Positions 20,292 through 29,504 of a stretch of DNA of 64,000 bases are shown here, piece by piece. The stretch is from NCBI RefSeq assembly GCF_947581735.1, contig NZ_CANPVT010000002.1:315511-379510 (forward strand), given 5' to 3'. How positions within the stretch are numbered: the stretch's first letter is position 1; each line of letters begins with the position of its first letter. A program made the translations under genes and the position numbers. The stretch comes from Candidatus Palauibacter soopunensis. Its GTDB lineage: Bacteria; Gemmatimonadota; Gemmatimonadetes; Palauibacterales; Palauibacteraceae. The notes under the pieces are model-generated. The model made no database searches, had not been told where the DNA came from, and saw only the letters and a program-made list of their open reading frames with translations.

Positions 20292-20579
20292 CTACACGAG
20301 TTCGATTCGGAGCCGTCGCCCGAGCGCCTCGGCAGCCCCTATCAGCGTGGCGAGTTGGATCCGATCGTTGCTCGGATCCAAGACCCGATCCAACTGGCTG
20401 CGGCTCGTGTTCATCTTTTGGGCCATCTGATTCTTGCTGAGGCGTTCCGTAGCCATGGCCTCCTTCAACTGCCACGCGATGACACGCTTGACGGCCGCCG
20501 CCGTCGTCTCCTCCAGCGTCCCTTGTTCCCGGAGATAATCCTCGAACGACGAACCGACGCCTCCTCTTTCCTCAACCAT
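20292..20579 (-). CDS. XRE-family HTH transcriptional regulator (HigA-like antitoxin-type); no partner toxin found.
   Basis: FEDYLREQG…LSKNQMAQKMNTSRSQLDRVLDP HTH; ~95 aa if started at the internal MVEERGG. Confidence 0.6.
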   Translation of the reverse strand: MVEERGGVGSSFEDYLREQGTLEETTAAAVKRVIAWQLKEAMATERLSKNQMAQKMNTSRSQLDRVLDPSNDRIQLATLIGAAEALGRRLRIELV

Positions 20580-20794
20580 GAACGAACTCCCTTGCCCGCC
20601 TTCGTGCGATGTCCATCTCGGACTTCGGCACCGCTTAGGCGCTGACATGGTCCCTTGCCGGATGCGTGTACCTTATATGGTACAGGCCGTCAAGCGCGTC
20701 TCAACTAGTCCAGGGACATCGTCTTGCGCTGAGACTTAGCGGCCCGACTCTTGAAGCCAACCCTCGATCTCCAATGACCCAGGGACACCCCTCC

Positions 20795-21589
20795 ATGAAT
20801 GACACGAACCTCGTCGGACGTGCGCTCGCCTCGGCGCTCATGAGCCTGCTGGCGATCATGGCAGTGGCGGGCGTTGCGCAGGCGCAGGACGGCTCGGACG
20901 GCTCCGGTCAGGCGGAAAGCTACATCGGCGCGTTCGCGGGACTTGGCTCGCTGGACGTTCGCATGACCGACCTCAACGGCTTTACGGGGTCGAACGGCGT
21001 CCCCGGCCAGGCGTTCGAGTACGACGGCGCCGGACTCGCGGTCGGTGTCGTGGCGGGGCGGTACTTCCACCTGGGGCGCCTGCGGCTCCTGTTCGAGGCG
21101 GACGGGGCGTTCAGCGGCGTGTCGGCGACCCCCGGACAACTGGATCCGGCCGGCATGGATGAAACGGCGGCGGCGGAGCTGCGTTGGGCCGGGACGGCGC
21201 GCATCGGCCTTCGGAGGTCCCTCGGCCGCGTCGGCCTATTCGTCGCCGGCGGCGTGTCGGTGGCCGGATTCTCCAACTCGTTCACCGATCTCGACCCGGG
21301 AACGGACAGCCGCCTGCAGTTGGACCCCGACGATTCCTTCGACGAGCGGCCGACGCGGGTCGGATGGGTCGCCGGGGCCGGCATCGAAATGCCGGTGGCG
21401 GGTGCCTGGACCCTCCGACTCGAAGGCCTCTACAACGATTTCGGCGAGACCATCCACCAGGCGGAGAACCGGCGTGACGTCAACGCCGGCGTCTGCGGAC
21501 CGGCCGGGCTGCCGAGCCCCTGCCGCTACGGCTTCGACCAGCGGCTCGCGCTCCTCCGTCTCGTCCTCGTGCGCCGTCTCGGCCGCTGA
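20795..21589 (+). CDS. Outer-membrane beta-barrel protein (OmpA-like barrel / OmpW family).
   Basis: Signal peptide MNDTNLVGRALASALMSLLAIMAVAGVAQA; alternating amphipathic beta-strands; aromatic-rich C-terminus. Confidence 0.6.
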   Translation: MNDTNLVGRALASALMSLLAIMAVAGVAQAQDGSDGSGQAESYIGAFAGLGSLDVRMTDLNGFTGSNGVPGQAFEYDGAGLAVGVVAGRYFHLGRLRLLFEADGAFSGVSATPGQLDPAGMDETAAAELRWAGTARIGLRRSLGRVGLFVAGGVSVAGFSNSFTDLDPGTDSRLQLDPDDSFDERPTRVGWVAGAGIEMPVAGAWTLRLEGLYNDFGETIHQAENRRDVNAGVCGPAGLPSPCRYGFDQRLALLRLVLVRRLGR

Positions 21590-21631
21590 TCGCCGTGCGG
21601 CCCCGAGGCTCCCGCCCGACCCGCCGACGCG

Positions 21632-23353
21632 TCAGCCGCTGATCTCGTGTGCCTCGCCGGCGCCCCGCGGCAGCCGGATCCGCTCGACCAGCCGCTGCGC
21701 CTCCGGCGGGGGCGCCGGCGTGAAGCGGGACACGACGATCGCCACCGCGAAGTTCACCGCCATCCCGATGGACCCGATGCCTTCGGGTGAGATTCCGAAC
21801 CACCAGTTCTCCGCCACGTTGGCGGCCGGGTTCACGAACTTGAAGTAGACGATGTAGGCGGCGGTGAGCGTGATCCCGCACAGCATGCCCGCGATCGCCC
21901 CCTCTCGGTTGAGCCGCTTCGAGAAGATGCCGAGGATGATGACGGGGAAGAACGACGACGCCGCGAGCCCGAACGCGAACGCGACGACCTCCGCCACGAA
22001 GCCCGGCGGGTTGATGCCGAGGTATCCGGCCACGAGGACGGCGAGTCCGGCGCTCACCCGCGCCGCGATCAGTTCTCCGTGTTCGCTGATGTCCGGCCGC
22101 CAGTTGCGCTTCAGCAGATCGTGGCTGATCGCCGCCGAGAGCACGAGCAGCAGTCCGGCCGCCGTCGAGAGCGCCGCCGCCAGTCCGCCCGCCGCCACGA
22201 GCCCCACCACCCAGTTCGGCAGCCGGGCGATCTCCGGATTCGCGAGCACCATGATGTCGCGGTCGATCGTGAGCTCGTTCTGCACGGGAGCACCCGCGGC
22301 GTCCACCGCCTCCGGTCCCACGTACTGGATCAGCCCGTCCCCGTTGTGGTCCTCGTACGAGATCAATCCCGTCGCCTCCCACTTCGTGAACCACTCCGGC
22401 ATCTCCGCGTACGGCTGGTCCGTCACCGTGTTGAGCAGGTTCGTCCGCGCGAACACCGCCACCGCCGGCGCCGCCGTGTACAGCAGCGCGATGAACACGA
22501 GCGCCCAGCCCACGCTGATCCGCGCGTCCCGCACCCGTGGCACCGTATAGAAGCGGATGATTACGTGCGGCAGCCCCGCCGTCCCCACCATGAGCGCGGC
22601 CGTGATCGCCAGCACGTCGAGCGTCGACTTCGTGCCGTCCGTGTAGGCCGCGAACCCAAGCTCCTGGTGCAGGCCGTTCAGGCGGTCGAGCAGGAACGTC
22701 CCCGTCTCCTGCTCCGCCGCGCCGAGCCCGATCTGGGGAATCGGAATCCCCGTGACCAGCATCGACAGGAAGATCGCCGGCACCATGTACGCGAAGATGA
22801 GCACGCAGTACTGCGCCACCTGCGTGTAGGTGATCCCCTTCATCCCCCCGAGCACCGCGTAGAAGAAGACGATCCCCATCCCGATGACCACGCCCCAGAC
22901 GATGTCGATCTCCAGAAAGCGGCTGAACACGATCCCCACGCCGCGCATCTGGCCCGCGACGTAGGTGAAGGAGACGAAAATCGCGCAGATCACGGCCACG
23001 ACCCGCGCCGTCTGGGAGTAGTAGCGCTCGCCCACGAAGTCCGGGACGGTGAAGGCCCCGAACTTCCGCAGATACGGGGCGAGGAGCAGCGCCAGGAGCA
23101 CGTAGCCGCCCGTCCAGCCCATGAGGTAGACGGAGCCGTCGTAGCCCAGGAAGGAGATGATCCCGGCCATCGAGATGAAGGAGGCGGCCGACATCCAGTC
23201 CGCCGCCGTCGCCATCCCGTTGGCGAGGGGATGAACCCCTTTGCCCGCGACGTAGAACTCGCTCGTGGAATGGGCCCGCGACCAGATCGCGATCCCGATG
23301 TAGAGTGCGAACGAAAGCCCGACGAGCGTCGCCGTCCACTGGAGAACCGTCAT
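21632..23353 (-). CDS. actP: Cation/acetate symporter (sodium:solute symporter family).
   Basis: Strong similarity to ActP (13-14 TM, GxxxG-rich); paired with the upstream DUF485 gene. Confidence 0.9.
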   Translation of the reverse strand: MTVLQWTATLVGLSFALYIGIAIWSRAHSTSEFYVAGKGVHPLANGMATAADWMSAASFISMAGIISFLGYDGSVYLMGWTGGYVLLALLLAPYLRKFGAFTVPDFVGERYYSQTARVVAVICAIFVSFTYVAGQMRGVGIVFSRFLEIDIVWGVVIGMGIVFFYAVLGGMKGITYTQVAQYCVLIFAYMVPAIFLSMLVTGIPIPQIGLGAAEQETGTFLLDRLNGLHQELGFAAYTDGTKSTLDVLAITAALMVGTAGLPHVIIRFYTVPRVRDARISVGWALVFIALLYTAAPAVAVFARTNLLNTVTDQPYAEMPEWFTKWEATGLISYEDHNGDGLIQYVGPEAVDAAGAPVQNELTIDRDIMVLANPEIARLPNWVVGLVAAGGLAAALSTAAGLLLVLSAAISHDLLKRNWRPDISEHGELIAARVSAGLAVLVAGYLGINPPGFVAEVVAFAFGLAASSFFPVIILGIFSKRLNREGAIAGMLCGITLTAAYIVYFKFVNPAANVAENWWFGISPEGIGSIGMAVNFAVAIVVSRFTPAPPPEAQRLVERIRLPRGAGEAHEISG

Positions 23354-23643
23354 GCCGCGCCCTCCTCGTCACGCTCGTCGACGTCGAACTCCCGGTCGAG
23401 CCGGTTCATGAGGAAGACGTAGACGAAGATGAGGACGACGAAGACGTAGATCGCGCCCTGCTGCGCGAACCAGAACCCGAGCGGGAAGCCGGTCCCCGGG
23501 ATCCGGACCGCGTCGAGCGCGTCCGCGAACACGATCCCGGCGCCGTAGGACACCAGAGCCCAGATCGCGAGAAGGATCCCCACATAACGGAGATTGCGGC
23601 GCCAGTACGCCAGATGATCGCGGCCTGCTGCGGGTCGATTCAT
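23350..23643 (-). CDS. DUF485 (YjcH-like) small inner-membrane protein accompanying ActP.
   Basis: ~97 aa, two TM; ATGA overlap with actP. Confidence 0.85.
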   Translation of the reverse strand: MNRPAAGRDHLAYWRRNLRYVGILLAIWALVSYGAGIVFADALDAVRIPGTGFPLGFWFAQQGAIYVFVVLIFVYVFLMNRLDREFDVDERDEEGAA

Positions 23644-23763
23644 GGGTCTCCCAGCGTGCGGGTCCGAACTTCCACGGGCTGCCAGGACTTCACTTCAGCG
23701 ACGCCCAAGGCTGCGGCCCGGCTGGGCGGCGCGCCAGTGTAACGCCTCGCGCAGCGACGGCGG

Positions 23764-25449
23764 CTACCAGAACACGCCGAACACGAGCCAGGCCGAGATG
23801 GCGGCGAGAACTCCCGTGTAGAGCGCCGGGCTGGCCAGCAGCGGCACGCGTTCGCTGAAGGGGTGGAGGCGGATCGGACCGAGTTCGCCGGAACTCTTCG
23901 CCAGCCAGTCGTCGGCGCGCGGGGCCGACGCATCGCCGCCGCCCGCCCCGATACCGGCCGTCCCGCGCCAGCGCGGGAGCAGCGCCGCGAAGGCGCAGCC
24001 GGCGGCCGTGAAAGCCACGGCCCACACGAACGCCTCCCACTGTCCGGTCAGCCAGGAAGGCAGCCACGAGATGTCGATGACCTCGCGATCCACGAAGCCG
24101 ATGACGCCGTACAGCCCTCCGGTGGCGAGACCGGCCATCCCCACCCGCCGGTTCGAGCGCGTGACGGCGCCGACGAGGTAGACGATGAGAAGCGGCGTGA
24201 CGAAGACGGACGTGACCGAGCGGAAGGCGGCGAGCATCGTCGGCGCGCGCAGGATCAGCGGCAGGTAGGCGAACCCCAGGACCAGGATCGCGACCGTCGC
24301 GATGCGTCCCACGCGGAGGTAGTGGGCGTCGTCCCGCTCCCGCGAGATGAAGCGCGCGTAGATGTCGCGCGTGAAGACGGCCGACATCGACGAGCCCATC
24401 GAATCGAAGGTGCTCACCGCGGCGCTCACCACGCCGGCCACCACGAGTCCCTTGGCGCCGATCCCGAGATAGGTGGAGATCAGGTGCGGGTACATTTCGT
24501 CGGGCCGGGCGAAGTCCGGGAACTGCGCCCGCCCGAAGAGCCCGAGCATGTCCGTGAAGAGCAGGATGACGAGGCTCACGCCGGCTCCCAGGACGCCGGC
24601 CATCTTCATGTCCCACAGCGAGCGGGCGCCCATCATCCGCTGGGTGGACGTGTGGCTCACCGTCCACCAGCCGGAGGAGATGAGAATCCACGCGATGAAG
24701 ATGACGGCCGGCGACGTGGTCCCGTCCCGTCCCCGGAAGGCGCCCACGTGGACCAGGTCCGCGGCGGCGAGGCCCGGCGCGAGTCCCTCGGCTGTCGTCC
24801 CCAGGCCTTCCAGTTGCGCAACCATCGCGTCCCAGCCGCCCACGGCCTGCCAGACGGCGATGCACACCGCGAGACCTCCCGCCATCACGAGCACGCTCTG
24901 CAGCACGTCCGTCGCGACGACCGCCCGCAACCCGCCCACGGCGGTGTAGACGCCCGACAGGACGACGAGCGATACGATGAGCGCCCAGGACAGTTCCGGT
25001 CTCAGTCCGCCGACCCCCACCAGGGTGAGATGGACGGACCAGATCATGAGCCCCAGCACGGAGGTCCGGTACTGGATCTGGATCAGCGCGCCGAGGACGC
25101 GCGTCCCCGGACCGAAGCGGTGCTCGAGGTACTCGGAGTTGGTGTACAGTCCGGCCCGGTAGATGGCGGGGACGATCACGAACGTGGCGATCGTCACCCC
25201 GATGAGTCCGCCGAACGTGTGCGCGGAGAGGAAATGCAGGCCCTCGCTCGCGATCGTCCCCGTGGCCGACACGAACTCCGAGTTGTCCATGTTGGTCGCG
25301 AAGAGGGACAGGCCGACGGCCCACCACGGCAGCGCTCTCGAACTCAGGAACCACTCGCCGCTCGTGGAGGTGCCGCGCGCGCGGCGCAGCCCGTAGGCGA
25401 TGATCGCACCGTTCAGTCCGAGGACGATCAGCCAGTCCAGGGCGCTCAA
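23764..25449 (-). CDS. Sodium:solute symporter (SSS) family transporter.
   Basis: SSS family signature regions; ~560 aa polytopic. Confidence 0.85.
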   Translation of the reverse strand: MSALDWLIVLGLNGAIIAYGLRRARGTSTSGEWFLSSRALPWWAVGLSLFATNMDNSEFVSATGTIASEGLHFLSAHTFGGLIGVTIATFVIVPAIYRAGLYTNSEYLEHRFGPGTRVLGALIQIQYRTSVLGLMIWSVHLTLVGVGGLRPELSWALIVSLVVLSGVYTAVGGLRAVVATDVLQSVLVMAGGLAVCIAVWQAVGGWDAMVAQLEGLGTTAEGLAPGLAAADLVHVGAFRGRDGTTSPAVIFIAWILISSGWWTVSHTSTQRMMGARSLWDMKMAGVLGAGVSLVILLFTDMLGLFGRAQFPDFARPDEMYPHLISTYLGIGAKGLVVAGVVSAAVSTFDSMGSSMSAVFTRDIYARFISRERDDAHYLRVGRIATVAILVLGFAYLPLILRAPTMLAAFRSVTSVFVTPLLIVYLVGAVTRSNRRVGMAGLATGGLYGVIGFVDREVIDISWLPSWLTGQWEAFVWAVAFTAAGCAFAALLPRWRGTAGIGAGGGDASAPRADDWLAKSSGELGPIRLHPFSERVPLLASPALYTGVLAAISAWLVFGVFW

Positions 25450-25492
25450 GGGATGGAGACGCTCCTGTCGTGAGGTTGCCGCGGTCGGGCAA

Positions 25493-25655
25493 AGTGTCGT
25501 GTCCCGGAAATACCCCGGCTATTCGAGCGCCGATGCATCCGGCTCCGCGGCGTTGCTCCTCCTCGAAATGACGCTGCCATTCCTCGTCGGAGCGCCTAGC
25601 GGAATCCGGCGCCTCGGCACTCTCGGTAGCTCGTGTATTTCCGGGACACGACACT
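25493..25655. repeat. 163-bp intergenic element bounded by perfect 21-bp terminal inverted repeats (AGTGTCGTGTCCCGGAAATAC … GTATTTCCGGGACACGACACT); MITE-like or a large regulatory hairpin.
   Basis: Seen directly: 25493-25513 is the exact reverse complement of 25635-25655; the interior is also imperfectly palindromic. Confidence 0.5.
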
Positions 25656-25715
25656 GGGCGTCCGCTACCGTAGCCGGCGCCCCGCCCGACGGTCAACGGC
25701 GGCCGCTCGGGTCGG

Positions 25716-27020
25716 TCATGCGGCGGCCGGCCGGGCCGGCAATGCTGCCGCCAGCGCGCGGTCGAGATCCTCGACGATGTCGTCGATGTGCTCGATGCCG
25801 ACGGAGAGCCGGATCGTCTCCGGACGCACGCCCACGCTGAGCTGCTCTTCCTCGGTGAGCTGCCGGTGCGTCGTGGACGCCGGGTGGCACGCCAGCGACT
25901 TCGCATCCCCGATGTTCACGAGCCGCTTGAACAGCTCGAGCGCGTCGTAGAACTTCACGCCCGCCTCGAAGCCGCCCTTCACCCCGAAGGTCAGGATCCC
26001 CGAAGCCCGGCCGCCCAGGTACTTCAGGGCCAGCTCGTGGTACGGATCGCCCGGCAATCCGGCGTAGCTCACCCACTCCACGGCCGGGTGGTCCTTCAGG
26101 TGCTTCGCCACGGCCAGCGCGTTCTCGGAGTGGCGCTCGATGCGGAGGTTCAGCGTCTGGATCCCCTGGATGATCTGGAACGCGTTGAAGGGCGAAATCG
26201 CCGACCCGGTGTTCCGCAACGGCACCGTGCGCGCCCGACCGATGTACGCGGCCGGCCCCAGCGCCTCCGTGTAGACGACCCCGTGGTAGCTGGGTTCCGG
26301 CGTCGTGAACTGCGGATAACGGATCTCGTGCTCCTCCCACGGGAATTTCCCGGAATCGACGATGGCGCCGCCGAGTGAGTTGCCGTGGCCGCCGATGTAC
26401 TTCGTCAGCGAATGCACCACGATGTCGAACCCGTGTTCGATCGGCTTGAGGAGCGCGGGCGTGGCGACCGTGTTGTCCACGATGGTGGCGACTCCGTGGG
26501 CGTGCGCCACGTCGGCCACCGCCGCGAGGTCTACGATGTTGCCCGCCGGGTTCCCGATGCTCTCGACGAACACCGCCTTCGTGCGGGCATCGATCAGCTT
26601 GGCCAGATCGTCCGGGCCGTCGCCTTCGGCGAAGCGCACTTCGATCCCCAGCTGCGGCAGCATGTGGGCGAAGAGCGTGTACGTGCCGCCGTACAACTGG
26701 GGCACCGAGACGATGTTGTCCCCCGCGGCGGCGAGATTGAGGATGGAGTAGTTGACCGCTGCGCTGCCGGAGGAGAGCGCCAGCGACGCCAGCCCGCGCT
26801 CGAGCTGGGCAATCCGCTCCTCCAGCACGGCCTGCGTGGGGTTCATGATGCGGGAGTAGATGTTTCCCTCGACCTCGAGGTTGAAGAGGTCCGCGCCGTG
26901 CTGCGCGTCGTCGAACTCGTACGCCACGGTCTGGTACAGCGGCACCGCGACGGCGTGCGTGGTGGGCTCGGACTCGTATCCGAGGTGAATCGCTACTGTT
27001 TCGTCTCTCATTGGTCTCAA
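25716..27020 (-). CDS. metY: O-acetylhomoserine aminocarboxypropyltransferase (O-acetylhomoserine sulfhydrylase), PLP-dependent.
   Basis: Cys/Met-metabolism PLP family; HSLTKYIGGHG PLP-lysine region; ~434 aa. Confidence 0.9.
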   Translation of the reverse strand: MRPMRDETVAIHLGYESEPTTHAVAVPLYQTVAYEFDDAQHGADLFNLEVEGNIYSRIMNPTQAVLEERIAQLERGLASLALSSGSAAVNYSILNLAAAGDNIVSVPQLYGGTYTLFAHMLPQLGIEVRFAEGDGPDDLAKLIDARTKAVFVESIGNPAGNIVDLAAVADVAHAHGVATIVDNTVATPALLKPIEHGFDIVVHSLTKYIGGHGNSLGGAIVDSGKFPWEEHEIRYPQFTTPEPSYHGVVYTEALGPAAYIGRARTVPLRNTGSAISPFNAFQIIQGIQTLNLRIERHSENALAVAKHLKDHPAVEWVSYAGLPGDPYHELALKYLGGRASGILTFGVKGGFEAGVKFYDALELFKRLVNIGDAKSLACHPASTTHRQLTEEEQLSVGVRPETIRLSVGIEHIDDIVEDLDRALAAALPARPAAA

Positions 27021-27095
27021 CCCTTTCGTGAGATCGATTGCGACTGGATCAGGCCCGAACGCCGGGCCGTGAACTTCCGTGTACCTGGCCGATGC

Positions 27096-28169
27096 TCATC
27101 GGTGCGGAACCCGGATCGGGGTGCCTCGCGCGTCAGCGGACTCTCGCGCGAGACACAACTCGGCATTGAGCAAACAGGCGCCGGCGGCGCCCCGGATGCC
27201 GTTGTGCGAGACCACGGTCATCGCGAGGTCGTGTGGCGGCGCGGCACGAATCCTTCCGACGCTCGCCGCCATCCCTCCGGCCGCGCCGATGTCCAGGCGC
27301 GGCTGTGGACGGTCGGGCTCCGACCGCACGATGAGCGGTCGCTCGGGAAGCGAAGGCAGACCCGGCAGGGATGGCGGGCCTCTGAACTCGGCGAGCGCCC
27401 GCGCGGCGTCCCCGGGACTCGCGGGCGATGCGAGCTTCAGAAAGACGTTCGCGGTGTGGCCGTCGAGCACCGGTACGCGGTTGACGCTCGCCGCCACGGG
27501 AATATCGGTCCCCAGGATCTTGTTGAGTTCGGGACCGATCTTCTCCTCTTCGCCCGGGATCCAGGGAATGGCGTTCCCTCCGATCTGAACGGAGCCGATC
27601 CCGTGGAGCCCGGCGCCGGTGACGGCCTGCAGCGTGACGATCGTGGCCGACTCGATGCCGAAAGTCTCCTGGATGGGAGCCAGCGCCAACGCCAGCCCCG
27701 CGACCACGCAGTTCGGGTTGGCGACGAGGCGGCCCCCCCGCTCCGACCACGGCTGGGTCGCCGTGAGAGTCAGGGCCTGCGGGTTCACCTCCGGCACCAA
27801 CAGCGGCACGTCCGCTCGCAGCCGGTGCGCCGAGGCGTTGGTGCATACGGTGTGCCCCGCTTCGGCGAGCGACGGTTCGAGCCGGTGCGCCACGCGCGAA
27901 GGGAGCGCGGAGAGCACGAGCCGGCAGGGCGGCCGCTCGACCGCCATGCGCAGGGGCAGCGGAACAGCCTCCGCGGGAGGATCTCCTCCGAGACTCCACC
28001 GGACCACGTCGCCGTACCTCTCGCCCGCATGCGTCTCGGACGCGGCGACCGCCGCAAGCCGGAGCGTCGGGTGGCCGTCCAGCATCCGAACGAGCCGCTG
28101 CCCGACGATCCCGGTCGCGCCCAGGACGGCCACGGGCACGCGTTCATTCGACGGATGGGTCAGGCGCAT
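27096..28169 (-). CDS. asd: Aspartate-semialdehyde dehydrogenase.
   Basis: VAVLGATGIVGQ NAD(P)-binding N-terminus; active-site Cys region ANPNCVV. Start set at the internal ATG (RBS ggagaggag upstream); the 5' extension in the track overlaps the lysC-like gene. Confidence 0.85.
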   Translation of the reverse strand: MRLTHPSNERVPVAVLGATGIVGQRLVRMLDGHPTLRLAAVAASETHAGERYGDVVRWSLGGDPPAEAVPLPLRMAVERPPCRLVLSALPSRVAHRLEPSLAEAGHTVCTNASAHRLRADVPLLVPEVNPQALTLTATQPWSERGGRLVANPNCVVAGLALALAPIQETFGIESATIVTLQAVTGAGLHGIGSVQIGGNAIPWIPGEEEKIGPELNKILGTDIPVAASVNRVPVLDGHTANVFLKLASPASPGDAARALAEFRGPPSLPGLPSLPERPLIVRSEPDRPQPRLDIGAAGGMAASVGRIRAAPPHDLAMTVVSHNGIRGAAGACLLNAELCLARESADARGTPIRVPHR

Positions 28170-28939
28170 CGGGCACGCTCCTCTCCGCCATGGCCGGTGT
28201 CGGGCGGCGGGTCGTTTCTGCCGACCCAGGTGCCCGTGCCGCCTGGAGCCGCCACCCTGAAGGCGACCCGGTGCCGCTCGGCGAAGCTCAGCGCCCGGTC
28301 CTGAACGACTCCGGCGCCCGTTCGCCGGGCCTCGCTCCACGATGTCCGGCGGATCGGCTTGACGTGCGGGAACCGTTTCGGGTCGGCCGGGAAGATCCCA
28401 TCCACATCCTTCACGAGACGGACTTCCGCCGCGCCGAGCGCGTGTGCGAGGAAAAGCGCCGTAAGGTCCGAGCCTCCCCGCCCGAGCAGCGACGTGATGC
28501 CCGTGGCGTCGACGCCCACGAATCCGGGAAGGACGATCACGTCGTGCGTGGCCAGGGCCGTCTCGATCGCCCGAGCGTCCACGTCCACCGGCTCGGCGGC
28601 CCCGAGCGGCCCCCGGGTGCGGATCGGCAGGCGCGAGAACGACATGCCCACCGCACGCACGCGCCCCGTCACCAGGGCGAGGTGCAGCAGGGCGACGGAC
28701 GCTTCCTCCCCGGGCGCGAGGAGAGATCCGATGAGGTCGTCCGGGAGCGAGGGCGCAACTTCGCGCGCCGCGGAAAGAAGATCGTCGGTGGTGTCCCCCA
28801 TGGCCGACACGACGGCAACGACCTTCGCGCCGGCGGCGACTTCAGCCCGGATCTCCTCGACCGCCAGCCGGTATGCGGCCGGATGCGCCAGCACGGATGA
28901 ACCGAATTTGAGTACGTGAACGCGGCGAACTTCGCGCAA
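28160..28939 (-). CDS. lysC: Aspartokinase-like amino-acid kinase, catalytic domain only (no ACT regulatory domains); probable TTG start.
   Basis: VLKFGSSV N-terminus, VVVSAMGDTTDDLL, LLAPGEEASVALL, SLLGRGGSDLTA, VKDVDGIFPADP. The track's 5' extension (to 29050) reads through the SAM riboswitch and is rejected. Confidence 0.65.
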   Translation of the reverse strand: MREVRRVHVLKFGSSVLAHPAAYRLAVEEIRAEVAAGAKVVAVVSAMGDTTDDLLSAAREVAPSLPDDLIGSLLAPGEEASVALLHLALVTGRVRAVGMSFSRLPIRTRGPLGAAEPVDVDARAIETALATHDVIVLPGFVGVDATGITSLLGRGGSDLTALFLAHALGAAEVRLVKDVDGIFPADPKRFPHVKPIRRTSWSEARRTGAGVVQDRALSFAERHRVAFRVAAPGGTGTWVGRNDPPPDTGHGGEERARCA

Positions 28940-29037
28940 TGAAACGCCTCCCCCCGAGTCTCGATTCACGCTCAGCGGACTCCGGAGAAGCGACGCCCTG
29001 GGAACTGCAGCTGCCGTGCAATGAAGCGCGGCGGGCG

Positions 29038-29153
29038 ACTCATCTACCAACGGATTACATCCGTCGCAGGAGTTGGCACATCAGTGGAAGAGCCACCTTC
29101 CACAGGTTGCCCCGGTGTCTTCGGGCCTGTCCCTCGACCGGTCTCGATGAGCG
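29038..29153 (-). promoter_or_regulatory. SAM-I (S-box) riboswitch in the leader of the lysC-like/asd/metY operon.
   Basis: Minus-strand RNA: GCUCAUCGAGACCGGUCGAGGGACAGGCCCGAAGACACCGGGGCAACC…UGUGCCAACUCCUGCGACGGAUGUAAUCCGUUGGUAGAUGAG. P1 CUCAUC/GAUGAG, GAGGGA, GGCCC, GGCAACC, GUGCCAA-UCCUGC all present. Confidence 0.85.
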
Positions 29154-29273
29154 TTGTGGGCGCGGAGGCTACAGGGTCGTGGGCGGCGCGTCAAGTTTTG
29201 GCGGGCGAAGCCGGGCGAGAGGCGCCGCGCGTGTTTCTTGACCGCCGTTGCCGGACCCATTAGGGTCGGCCGC

Positions 29274-29385
29274 TACTCATCGAGACCGGCTGAGGGACGG
29301 GCCCTTTGAAGCCGGGGCAACCGGGGCGCAACGCCCAGCGGTGCCAACTCCTGCGGACCCCGAACACGGGTCCGAGAGATGAGCG
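29274..29385 (+). promoter_or_regulatory. SAM-I (S-box) riboswitch in the leader of metX.
   Basis: ACUCAUCGAGACCGGCUGAGGGACGGGCCCUUUGAAGCCGGGGCAACCGGGGCGCAACGCCCAGCGGUGCCAACUCCUGCGGACCCCGAACACGGGUCCGAGAGAUGAG matches the P1-P4 consensus almost residue for residue. Confidence 0.9.
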
Positions 29386-29504
29386 TCGGACCCGCACGGT
29401 CGGTCGGCTGCTCCGGAGTTGGCGTCGCGAACCACAGACGCGAGCCGAAACGGAGACACAGCTTGAACGCCGTACTGCCGGAGGGTCGGAGGGGCGCCGT
29501 CGCG

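Noticed and set aside
20705-21139. 144-aa minus-strand ORF upstream of the XRE regulator, considered as a possible HigB-like toxin partner.
   Set aside because: The translation is R/P/A-rich with no RelE/ParE-like features, and it overlaps the well-supported outer-membrane barrel gene on the plus strand.
28940-29050. 5' extension of the lysC-like ORF (MVDESPAALHCT…) reported in the track.
   Set aside because: It reads straight through the minus-strand SAM-I aptamer. A TTG start at 28939 with a GGGAGG RBS gives the canonical aspartokinase N-terminus.
29379-29504. Track start of metX at 29379 (MSVGPARSVGCSG…).
   Set aside because: It begins inside the plus-strand SAM-I aptamer (P4/P1 region). 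The ATG at 29505 with an upstream GGAGG is the credible start.
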